Source of the DNA: Nemertoderma westbladi
Lineage: Eukaryota; Animalia; Xenacoelomorpha
Direction: 5' to 3'
Assembly: GCA_032718475.1 (NCBI GenBank)
Contig: JAUCBJ010000147.1
Span: forward strand, 3,178 to 67,177
DNA: 64,000 bases
The notes beneath the pieces are model-generated. The model worked only from the letters and a program-made list of their open reading frames with translations, was not told the DNA's origin and made no database searches. Position 1 is the stretch's first letter. Every line of letters starts with the position of its first letter. The position numbers and the translations under genes are program-made. Shown piece after piece: positions 1-11,108 of the stretch.

Positions 1-150
1 GGCCTACAGTAATTTGAATTGCAGTAACTATGAAAGCAATATAGTATAATACTATAGTTCAATTTATTTTGTACCACTATATCTCTGTCAGTCTGTACGT
101 TTTATTAAAGAATTTAGCAACAAAAAAGTACCAATTTAAAAATAAAATTA

Positions 151-288
151 ATTACATGGGGAAAAAAACGTAGAACATTTTTTTTTTCAATATTCTCTCA
201 ATATTTTTCAAATTAACCTCGCTGACGCTCGGTAAATAAAATTCCTCGAGAATAGTGAAAAAAAAGTTCTACTTTTTTCCCATGTAAT
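151..288. repeat. Imperfect inverted repeat / fold-back (MITE-like)
   Basis: ATTACATGGGGAAAAAAACGTAGAAC...TATTCTC (from 151) is the near reverse complement of GAGAATA...GTTCTACTTTTTTCCCATGTAAT (ending 288). Confidence 0.7.
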
Positions 289-1330
289 AAATAATTATTT
301 TGTTCGCATATGCGGACAAAAAAGTAATTATCCAATCAAAATTCCAAAAATGCTGTTTTAAATTAATTATACAATCAACGATCTAGAAGATTTTTCTGTT
401 GATTTCGCATTATTTATTCTAGATAAGTAATTACGATGGTAATTATTAATAAATTTAGCAATAAAAAGTTTAGTTGTAGGATCTTTTGAACAAGTAGCTA
501 GTTTAATTAAATTTTTGGTATGATTATTTGATATTTGATTAACGTTCTGGAATATCACCTTCACTAATCATTAGTCATTAAGTAGTATTATTAGTAATAT
601 AATATTATAATATAATAATTAATAATATTTATTAGTCATATTATTACTCAGTATTAATTATCCGGTATTACTTATACTACACAGTATAACTAATTAATAG
701 TAGCTAGTATTATTTAATTACACAATGGCGCAGAATTGACAACAAATTTGCGATAACTTTGTTACTTCTAATTCAAAAGGGAATATTTTAAAGAAATATT
801 AAATGGTATCTACTAGGGTGTGCTCAATGTACCTTCAATTTCCAATAATTGTATTTAGTATTATTCATAATTAATATTAGAATATTCTAAATATGGGTTG
901 ATTTTGGGCAAAACGCCGTTTTTGCGTAGAAAAGGTGAATTTTTAAAAGAAAACAACATCTTCTACAAAAATAAATCATTGTTGTCCTCTTTTTAATCCA
1001 CATTTCATCGAAATAGTAGAATGGAATTTATTCCTCGGCTACGCGTCGGGAACAAATGTGGAACAAACGGGAACAAATGTGCACATTCTACTATTCCTAA
1101 AAATACCGGACAAAAATATAGTACCGATACTTTCTTTTTGTAAAATAAATAGTTATTAATTGTTTGGAATACATTTTTTGTCGTAGCACAACTTAATATC
1201 TTCATACTAAGTTACTTAATTTTTAGTTATTTTTTATATTTTTTAATAAATTAATTAAGTTTTAAAATGTTTTAACTTTGGTGTTTTTTTAAGTGCTATT
1301 TTATTTAAAGTTTTTTTTTACCTCAGGCCG

Positions 1331-1417
1331 ACTAATATGTAGGCCCACTAATATGTAGGCCCACTAATATATAGGCCCACTAATATGTAGGCCCACTAAT
1401 ATGTAGGCCCACTAATA
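1331..1417. repeat. 16-bp tandem repeat (ACTAATATGTAGGCCC), ~5.5 copies
   Basis: Directly visible tandem units. Confidence 0.9.
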
Positions 1418-1860
1418 CCGGTAGGTCAAACCAATGATTTATTTGAATTTAGAACTGTACGAGCGTCAAGATCATTATTGTATAGTGCCCTATATAAATT
1501 TGATATTTTTTATTATTATTAGGCGTCCTAAAAAAAAAAACTTAAAAAAAATATTATGATATTCATAAACATTTCCCTAAACTCTTCTCACGATTATCAC
1601 AGCGCAGCGAGAAATAAAAATGGTTGGGAATGAATCCAGTAAATTGCTAAACAATGAGGGGCCACTCAAGAATAACAATTATAAATATATTAAAATATCA
1701 TTAAATAAATAGCACCCGTAACAAGACCAGAGTTACAGACCTGAGAGTATCCCGCAACATTTTGCTGACCCCCTGATACGAGGAATTTTTGTTTCAGACA
1801 CAAGATACAGGCCTACACCATAAAATGTGCCCCGTGAGGATGGCTCAACAGTAGGCCTAC

Positions 1861-2628
1861 TTGGACGGATCCAAAAATTGGATGTTGGACGGATCCAAGA
1901 ATTGGATGTTGGACGGATCCAAGAATTGGATGTTGGACGTATACAATAGTTGGATGTTGGACGGATCAAATAATTGGATGTTGGACGGATCAAATAATTG
2001 GATGTTGGACGTATACAATAGTTGGATGTTGGACGGATCCAAGAATTGTATGTTGGACGTATACAATAGTTGGATGTTGGACGGATCAAATAATTGGATG
2101 TTGGACGGATCAAATAATTGGATGTTGGACGTATACAATAGTTGGATGTTGGACGGATCCAAGAATTGTATGTTGGACGTATACAATAGTTGGATGTTGG
2201 ACGGATCAAATAATTGGATGTTGGACGGATCAAATAATTGGATGTTGGACGTATACAATAGTTGGATGTTGGACGGATCAAATAATTGGATGTTGGACGG
2301 ATCAAATAATTGGATGTTGGACGTATACAATAGTTGGATGTTGGACGGATCAAATAATTGGATGTTGGACGTATACAATAGTTGGATGTTGGACGGATCA
2401 AATAATTGGATGTTGGACGGATCAAATAATTGGATGTTGGACGTATACAATAGTTGGATGTTGGACGGATCAAATAATTGGATGTTGGACGGATCAAATA
2501 ATTGGATGTTAGACGTATACAATAGTTGGATGTTGGACGGATCAAATAATTGGATGTTGGACGTATACAATAGTTGGATGTTGGACGGATCAAATAATTG
2601 GATGTTGGACGATATCCAAGAATTGGAT
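1861..2628. repeat. 24-bp minisatellite, ~32 copies, three main variants
   Basis: Units TTGGACGGATCAAATAATTGGATG, TTGGACGTATACAATAGTTGGATG and TTGGACGGATCCAAGAATTG(G/T)ATG. The array generates the 8-aa-periodic ORFs 1733..2593, 1857..2570 and 1861..2691. Confidence 0.95.
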
Positions 2629-3209
2629 GTCCTTATTTCTCACACGTGTTTCCGTGTTTGTTTGTTTGTACACACAACTTCTTGCACTTAATGTTAATGG
2701 AATTGGATGAAACTTTGATGATAGGTTCATTATCGGACCTAGTTGCGAGGGACCTGTTGGTTGCCTTGCAGGTTGCATAGGTTGCATAGCAACCTGTTTG
2801 GTTGCATAGGTTGCATAGCAACCTGTTGGGTTGCTATGCAACAGTGAAATTTATTCTAGATCATAACTAGATCTATATATATACTATTCTATACAAGGCT
2901 GCCTAATAACGAAAAACGAAAGAAACATTGGGCAAAGCTGTACAATTATTGTATGTAAAATAATCACTGTTTGTAGGAAATGTATCTTATTCTCACACAA
3001 TTCTAAACGAAATAAAGCAAATTTTGCAGAAAGCATGTCCAATAGATGCTCCCTAGGCAACCAACAGCTCCCTCGCAACCAAAACCTTGCATACACAACT
3101 AGGTCCGAGGTCCGATGCTAGCTATATTTATTTCAAAAATATTTACATTTATATTATATTATAATTATAATATATTATTATATTTATATTTATTGCAAAA
3201 ATTGAAAAT

Positions 3210-4338
3210 GAGGGTATGAGGTTATCACCTGAGACGATACTTAGCATCGTCTATTCATTCGCTGCAAACGACTCGTATCGCCGACGCGAGGCAATCCTAA
3301 TATAAGAGAGAGGAGGAGAATCAAAGAAACGTATTTCTCAGGAAACTATAGCTGACTGGTATAATTATATTCGAGAAATAGTCGCAATTAGATTTCTAAA
3401 AGAGCAGGAGGAACTAGGTCCAATAGGTGGAGAAGGGGAGACAGTCCAGGTCGATGAGAGTGTAAGTTCGGGAAACGAAAATTTAATAACGGATGGGCAC
3501 TGGGTCATGGGTGGGAATGATCGAAGACAATTCAGAGGATATCCGCCTAATAACTTGTCCAAACAACAAACGAAGTGCAATCGAGCTGGCACCAATAATT
3601 CAAAGATATATTAAACCGGGAACTACCATCATAACCGACATGTGGAAGGCTTACGATGACCTTGGAACATTGGGCTATACTCATAAAGTAGTCAACCATA
3701 GAGTGACAAAATAAACCCATTTATAGCCAAAGACGGTACTCACACAAACAGAATAGAGGGCAGAGGCTTAATGGAGGCCTGCAAAGGACTATTTCAGAAT
3801 ATTGAAAATTAGAAGAGTCTGCGAGGATTGTGAACAAGAGCTGAATATGGTTGGTGATGAGTTGCGTGCTAAAACAGAAGTCGTAAATAAAGAGCCTGAA
3901 TGTGGTTGGTGATGAGTTGCGTGCTAAAACAGAAGTCGTAAATAAAGAGCCTGAATGTGGTTGGTGATGAGTTGCGTGCTAAAACAGGAGTCGTAAATAA
4001 AGAGCCTGAATGTAGTTGGTGATGAGTTGCGCGCTAAAACAGGAGTCGTAAATAAAGAGGAGCCTGAATGTAGTTGGTGATGAGTTGCGCGCTAAAACAG
4101 GAGTCGTAAATAAAGAGGAGCCTGAATGTAGTTGGTGATGAGTTGCGAGCTAAAACAGGAGTCGTAAATAAAGAGGAGCCTGAATGTGGTTGGTGATGAG
4201 TTGCGTGCTAAAACAGGAGTTGAAAATTTCCTGAAAATCTTAACGAATACTTGTGGAGACGTCAGATACGTAAGGGAAAATTGAATGGATTCAATGAATT
4301 ATTAAAAGGCAATTAAATGCAAATATCCAATGGATTAA
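3210..4338 (+). pseudogene. Degraded Merlin (IS1595/ISXO2-like) DDE transposase
   Basis: Frameshifted fragments read ..TIADWYNYIREI..IGGEGETVQVDES / KFGKRKFN / RSAIELAPIIQRYIKPGTTIITDMWKAYDDLGTLGYTHKVVNH / DGTHTNRIEG / EYLWRR. This is the motif order of IS1595/Merlin transposases. TIRs were not located. Confidence 0.85.
3836..4220. repeat. 55-58-bp tandem repeat (~7 copies) inside the Merlin transposase C-terminus
   Basis: Unit GAGCCTGAATGT(G/A)GTTGGTGATGAGTTGCG(T/C)GCTAAAACAG(A/G)AGTCGTAAATAAA; later copies carry an extra GAG. Confidence 0.92.
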
Positions 4339-4644
4339 CAAACTTTTTCATTTCATTTCACTTTCACAAAACTCTTTCATTCATATCAATTTAAATGTAT
4401 TATATTTGTTTTAACATAATTTATATTGTATATTATTTTAAATATACTAACGATTTTAAAATCTCAAAAAAAAAATATTTTATTTACTTGCTATTTTAAA
4501 TTAAAAAACTAGCTATACGTTCTAGAACATAATATTTTTTACTTTATTTATGTTCTAGAATAGTATATTTTACTTGTCTATTGTTCTAGAACTCTTCAAC
4601 GTTGCCATAGTAACAATAATGACATACGTTTTTTTTCTTTTTTT

Positions 4645-5108
4645 ATATTGGTGAATGTTCTGGATCATTAGCAGATATTTTTTTAATGGTAGTTAGTGTT
4701 TTTTTTTAAATATCAAGCTAGTATTTTTTGTATTACCTAGCTATTATTTTTTCAAATTAAAAAAAAAATTTTAATTTTATATACCGGTTACTGAAATTTA
4801 TTAAAATAACTAATGTAAATGTACTATCTACTAAAAGGCACTATAAATTGTTTTTTTTAATAGCTAGCTAGTACGGTACCGGTAGGTATATTTTGAAATT
4901 ATAAAAACATATAAAAACAAAAAAAAAAAACGAAAAAAACACTAGCTACCTTTATAAATAATATCTACTAATGTTCTAGAGCACTTACCAACAACAAAAA
5001 TCCGAAAAAAATTAATATTTTGATAATTTTAAAAAATACTAGCTAATAAAAAAAACACTAGCTACCATAAACAAATATCTAGTAATGTTCCAGAACATTC
5101 ACCAATAT
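4645..5108. repeat. AT-rich fold-back element with ~80-bp imperfect inverted arms
   Basis: ATATTGGTGAATGTTCTGGA at 4645 pairs with TCCAGAACATTCACCAATAT ending 5108. Pairing continues inward, and a further arm copy lies at ~4935-4990. Confidence 0.7.
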
Positions 5109-5202
5109 CAATACAGACAACAATAACACCAATAAAATCACAAAGGATCTTACAAATTTGCTGTATATACTTTACTAATACCGGTTATACATACTATAGG
5201 CC

Positions 5203-5300
5203 TACTAGTACCCACAAGATAGCATGTAAAAAGCTATACTAGTACCCACAAGATAGCATGTACAAAGCTATACTAGTACCCACAAGATAGCATGTACAAA
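5203..5300. repeat. 34-bp minisatellite interrupted by a transposon; resumes at 8908-8950
   Basis: Unit ACTAGTACCCACAAGATAGCATGTA(A/C)AAAGCTAT. It breaks at ...CATGTACAAA|5301 and resumes as AAAGCTATACTAGTACCC at 8908. Confidence 0.9.
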
Positions 5301-6158
5301 TAGTCGAGTAGACGCTTGGTACATTTTACTGACGAACCGTTCTCCGGCGTATGACTGCAATTTTATTTGCTCATGATGTTGTTCCACATTATAACAATAC
5401 ATTTTCGCTATAAAGACTTTGGGAAAGGTTGAGCAATTTTTTTATTGCCGTTTGTTTGGAGGATAAAATCATAACAAAATTACCAAAAAAATGTTAATCT
5501 CTGTAGAGAATGTGTTAGCAACAACATTAAACATTCTAGAATATTATGTTTTTATGATTCAAAACATTGCAGTAATAAGTTACATTTAGGCAATGAAAAT
5601 GACCTTAAAGAGAGTTGGAGGCGACGAGTGCTTTGACTAAAATAATTAAAAAATATTGTGATTAATAGTGACATTTAGTTTTGAGAAAGATTGCCTTATC
5701 TGGATCTACCACCTTATGTAAGGCGATAGATCCAAAAAATCCAAAAGTTTGAAACGCTAGAAAAATGCAGCGATAGCAATATGAGAAAGGCCATTTGCGA
5801 AACAAGATTGCCACGATACGAAGAATTAGCTGGAAATGATTTGGGAGATGGTGAGCTTGAAGACCTAACTATTTTGGGAACCCGATTCTATCGAAGTTGT
5901 TACGTCAATTTTAAAGGTAATATACTTAATGTACACCACCATTTAATATATAGAATATTGTATAATACTTATATTTAAAAAGATTTGTATTTTCGCTTTA
6001 CAATTGTTGTTGGAAAAGAATTTTAAAACGTCTCCATCACCACGGCCCTATCAAGCATTATTTATCATTTTATAATACTTTTTATGTAGCTATTTTTAAG
6101 TTTTGATACATATAAATGTTCTGGAACATATTGCCGTTACCCAACATTTATACAATTA

Positions 6159-6229
6159 TTACATTACATTACATTACATTACATTACATTACATTACATT
6201 ACATTACATTACATTACATTACATTACAT
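6159..6229. repeat. (ACATT)n microsatellite, ~14 copies
   Basis: Directly visible; it generates the YITLH-repeat pseudo-ORFs. Confidence 0.95.
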
Positions 6230-6399
6230 ATAATACAATTATATTATTGTATTTTTTTTTTAATATTTCAGATTTTATTTATTTATTTTAAAATATGGCA
6301 GATTTTTTTTGTTATGATAGAAATATTTTTTCAACCTTATTTGTTTATAACATAGGCCTATATAAAAAAAAATGTGAATAAAACGCAACATAAAAGAGC

Positions 6400-7650
6400 A
6401 ACATTCTCTATGTGAGGCCTAATCCTATATAGAATTATTTTATTGTATATTTTGGCAGCTACCACAAGCAGACAGATCCCACGATAGTTTGTTGGTATGC
6501 CGAGGTCTCCTTTCTTGGGGAGAGGCTTTAGTTGACCTTTAGTCCAAATTGGTGGTGGCTTTTCCCCTTTTAACATCCGGTTGCAAACATTCAATAATGG
6601 TCTATTTAGCACTCCGGTTTTCCATACCTCCGCTGGGATTTCATCTAATCCACTCGCTTTATTATTGGACATGCTTTTAATGCTTCTTTGGAGTTCGGCA
6701 GGTGCCTAGTTGTTTAGCTTTCTCAAGTGTTGATGTTTTCGGCTGTTGGTTGTTCAGTTTTTACTTTGGAGTAGGAGTATCTTAACATCTTCTCTCTTGC
6801 GATTTTGAACTTCTACTGTGTGTAAGCTTCCTTTACTGCATTATTGTCAGTTCTGAGTTTCTCCCAGTCATAGTTGATTCGCTTGCTTGTCCTGAGTTTA
6901 CTGGCTCTCAAACTGAGTCTGAGCTCTGCAGTCTGGTCTGGTCCGAACAAATTAGGTTGAACGAGCTGACTACTGTATGCCTCGCAGTTAAATGTCCATC
7001 CTTACTCTTTTAGAATGAGGTGTTTGTTTGTAGGTATCAATGACTTTATAAGCCCTTTCAAATCTTTTAGTCCTTGACTGCTTGTTCTGTCTCTGATGCA
7101 TTATTGGTTGGATTGTAGCAACACATTGCTGTTGTCTTGTGATTCCCACCAAAAATGTTGTAATTATAATAGTTTATGATCCTGGAATTTTTTTATTCGA
7201 TGGGGTTTAGTGTCAGAAGTGTAAATGGACTTAGGAGAATTCATACTCAACCAATTGAAACTTTGACCGAATTGCTTTCTGCTGAATTTGCAGACTGGAA
7301 GTGGATGGACGTTATAAACGTCCATTTCAAATGTCATTCATTATACTTGATGGCAATGTCTCATGACTAATCTGATATTCTTGAATACAAATGATGTCGA
7401 TGTAATATTCCATTGCCAGAGCTGCAATAATGTTTGCTAAGCAGTTTTAGAGTGCGTGCGTTCATTGTAGCAATATTTAGTGTCTTTCTAAGTTTCAACA
7501 GGTTGGTTCTCATTCTGCTCGACCTTCTTTCATTCACTGGGGTCGATAAAATGAGTACCTGTTGAATTACTGGGAACAAACCTTGGGATACGAGTAGCAC
7601 CAGTCATACCTTCAGGTAGCAGCTACTGAAGAGGGAGACAGAAGCATATT
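6400..7650 (-). mobile_element. Degraded RTE-clade LINE fragment (APE endonuclease N-terminus to start of RT), nested in the Academ-like element
   Basis: ORF 7367..7600 contains LNIATMNARTL (APE N-terminal motif). ORF 6358..6672 contains KASGLDEIPAEVWK..W....LKPLPKKGDL...NYRGICLL..AAKIYNKIIL.RI (start of a LINE RT). The intervening sequence is frameshifted and boundaries are approximate. Confidence 0.85.
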
Positions 7651-9247
7651 CCAGTGGCACGTTATTCTAACCAAAATGATAAACGAAAGTCAACAGAACA
7701 GGTTACAGTTTTATTTTTGGGAGTAACCAGCTGTTATTTGCGTCGATTTTTCCCTGGAGAGGGATGAATTTAGATTGCGACTAAAGGCCCTCCCTATCTT
7801 TGAGGAGATGCCTTCTTTTTTTACTATTGTATGTATAATGCAGATATTGATATATTATTCGAATTCCTAGAACTTTTAATTCCTGTAAAGCTAACCTAGC
7901 ATTGCTAATTATCTTGCACAAAATATAATGAAAGTATTATTTATTTCAGATGTAAAATTTAGAATTAAAGGAAACTGCAGCAGTCAAGAAGAATATAAGA
8001 AGAGCGGGCTCGCAAGTATTATTCTGGAGAGCGGCTGTAGATAATATGCAGCCGGCAGCCGCCACTATAGCCTACAAACTTTGGTTGGATGTGGCAGCAA
8101 TTTGTAAATTGGGCTTTCAATTTTTATTGCAAGTGTGCGAACAAGGACTGTGATAACGTGTTGTTATTAAATATATTATCAAACATTCAACTAAAAGTAA
8201 TTACTGCAAATGCAGAAGTTGTTTCATCGACATTCTTTCACCTTTCATTTCACAGTCCACTGGTAATACCGGACATCACCTTACAGAAAGAACATCTCAG
8301 TTTGGGTAACCACTGCTACAGTACTTCGAAAAGGATAAACCTGCGCCATTCTGTCCATAAATGCGTCGGCCACAAAGTCCACATTCAAATTAACATATTT
8401 CCAACATATTTTCCACCAGTTCTTGAGGATACATGTCTAGCGAGAGTTAGGGTGCTGACAGCATATTATATTCCTGACAGACAGGTATGTCGGTGCATTA
8501 CTTGGCCACAGTGATGAGCTCCAAATTGCACACCGAGCCTTGTATGTATTACAACTTCACCACCAGTAACAGTGTTTGCCATAACACTGCAATGTTACAA
8601 AATTTGTAACTCATAACTGCAAACATAATCCTTATTCCTTACATTTTTATTTTCTCAAGCTTGGTTTCTCCTTATTTATGATTGATCAGTGTCTAAATAG
8701 ATAAATATACCCCTGTGTGTTAATTCATTATTGTTGCTATGTAAAACATCTGTCGTTAAGATAAATAGTGTTCTAGAAAAAATTGCTCAATGCGGACTAT
8801 GTGAAATATAACATAATTTCAAATGGTTTATACAAGTTAACACTTTCAGCAAAAAAAACTGCAGTCATACCCAATTTGAACGGTGGTCGGTACTGTCTAC
8901 TTGACTAAAAGCTATACTAGTACCCACAAGATAGCATGTAAAAAGCTATAAGTCATTTTTTCTAACCAAAATAATAAACGAACACTTTTTAACAATTGAG
9001 GGAAAGGAGCTGGTTACATTAGCGCCAGGATTTTCTAAACAAAACAATATTGCTAGAGTAGGCCTTTGCAGGCTGTAGGCATGGTATAATACAGTATATA
9101 TCACAATATAGTCGTGGTAAATTACAACAGAAATCGAGACAGCCGGAAGTACTTAATGCTGCGCAGTACCGAAACTATACTCTTTGCTCTGGTTCCGCGT
9201 CATTACCTAAGACTCAGCATCAGCACCACATAACCAAAGTCCGCAAG

Positions 9248-9460
9248 GGGTGTAAACGCAACGCCGACAACCGACTACCGACAACCAACGCCGACAACCA
9301 TTAAAGCTAATTAATGTTATTTATTAATTGAGGGAAAGGAACAGGTTACAGTGGAAGGTTATTCTAACCAAAACAATAAACGAGAGTCACGAACTCAGGT
9401 TCGTGATATTTTCATATTTACTGTTGTCGGCAGTGGTTGTCGGCGTAGCGTTTACACCCG
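9248..9460. mobile_element. MITE-like element with ~40-bp inverted repeats (duplicate at ~23700-23912)
   Basis: GGGTGTAAACGCAACGCCGACAACC pairs with GGTTGTCGGCGTAGCGTTTACACCC. Confidence 0.6.
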
Positions 9461-10921
9461 TCCGCACGCCTATAATGACGCGTTACCTATACATACTATA
9501 CTGTAATACCGATAACGGTACTACTAAAAACAGGACAACAGTAGTAGGAACTGGTATCGGGACATAATGAGTAAAAAAGCAAAAAAAGGTGTTACTGTAT
9601 AATGAGTAAAAAAAAAGGGGTCATAAAAAAATATTTTTATAATTTATTAAACAATAATTGTACAGACGGTAGGTACTTTGCCCAATGTTTCGTTTTTCAT
9701 TCCTAAACTAACTGCCTTGGATAGGCGTGTGATTTATTACAGCACATTGATAGCAATAATGGATCCGTCCATTGCAAACTTGGGGCAAACTTGTAACTTT
9801 TATTTGTATCCTAGCTATTGTATATTTACTGTTTCGAGTTTTAATTTCCATGGACATCCGACCCGACACCCCGTCGCCGCCGCCAGCTGCTCGTGCTCGA
9901 CAAGTTCTAACGAATTCTGAAAGTATTTAAAGCAGTCGAATAGGGTTGGCAGGTTGGTGCGCGAAAAAATTGTTAGGCTAGAAACAATTGGCACAGAAAT
10001 TTTGTTGAGAACTAACCCTATTCGCAATTCTTTCCATTGCTAAAAGTATCATCAATATTTACATAACAACCTGGTTTATTGGATAATGTAAACTTTTATT
10101 CGGCCCAGATGGTCAGGAATTACGCTTTAAGTTTGACGAATTATTTCCTGTGCGTTTTCTCTTCCAGAGCCAGAACTACAGTACTCAAGCCCAAGGCAAT
10201 GTATTAAACCACAACACCATCATTAATAGAAACGCAAATAGTACAGTATAATAAACACCCCATAAACAAGCGTAGAGTGATTATTGTTATTATTGTTATA
10301 TTGTTATTATAAAACTTTTATAATTTATTGTATTGTTCAGGATGTGGACATAAATGGGCATAATATTTCCCATTCTGTATGCCTAACTGTGCTTCTTTGC
10401 AGATTATCGTGCGTGTGTGCTGTGCAGTTTTACTGCCCCACAATGCCTAATCTAAAATCACATACCGGTACGGCAGTACGGCGGTACCCAGGTACCGCGG
10501 TGCCATGCTGCCATGCATACGGCTGTATGGATAATTCTCCATACCATAGGCTGATAGGAGTCTATTTATTACTGTATTACAGTATTAGGCCTACTGTATT
10601 AGCTGATTCTGTGATTAGGGCAACATACTGCAGTACTGACATACGCAAATCCGCTCTATAGCAGATTTTGACCCCTTCATCTGTATACAGTAATAATAAA
10701 CAAAAGTCATTAGGCCTAGAACTGCCATACAGGTTAGGCCTACAGTTTTATTTTAGAAAGTAATCATCTGTTATACAGTTATATGTTATAGGCTGATAGG
10801 CCTACTATAATTAGGCAGTTAGGTACCGGTAGATTTTCCTCTAGACTTCTAGTGGCTAGAGAGGGATGCATTGTTTGATTGTGTCAAAAATCCGGAATAA
10901 TAATTAAAAATAGGCCTCTAT

Positions 10922-10943
10922 CATGGAATAGGCCTACTCCATG
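10922..10943. mobile_element. 22-bp palindromic micro-insertion flanked by direct repeats (duplicate at 25708-25729)
   Basis: CCTCTAT|CATGGAATAGGCCTACTCCATG|CCTCTAT; same termini as the 20877-20914 element. Confidence 0.55.
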
Positions 10944-11108
10944 CCTCTATACAATAATAATGTATTCCGGAATTATTACCAACAATAGTTTCTAGGCCTA
11001 CTCCATGTCAGCCTGTACTCTACATTCTGACAATACATACCGGTAGCAGCATCTGAGCGTAGAGTTAAAGATTTATAGCCCCTTTATAAGCATATTTATA
11101 ATCGGATA

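Larger units (their letters stand above)
5301..8907 (+). mobile_element. Decayed TIR DNA transposon, probably Academ-like, 3-bp TSD (AAA)
   Basis: Termini TAGTCGAGTAGAC... and ...GTCTACTTGACTA. Imperfect ~130-bp TIRs share the blocks ACCGTTC, GTATGACTGCA.TTTT.TTTGCT and TTGAGCAATTTTTT. AAA is duplicated relative to the host minisatellite unit. Internal ORF 5781..5978 has DLTILGTRFYRSCYVNF, resembling the DL.A....YH..CY..F motif I associate with Academ-type transposases (superfamily call is recalled, not searched). Confidence 0.7.

Noticed and set aside
1733-2691. Long 8-aa-repeat ORFs on both strands
   Set aside because: By-product of a 24-bp minisatellite (length divisible by 3). Three frames are open at once and there is no credible unique coding flank.
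6103-6355. YITLH-repeat peptides
   Set aside because: Translation of an (ACATT)n microsatellite.
8089-10661. Short ORFs 8089..8514, 9328..9567, 9678..9920 and 10284..10661
   Set aside because: No recognisable domains; they overlap transposon remnants or motif-rich upstream DNA.
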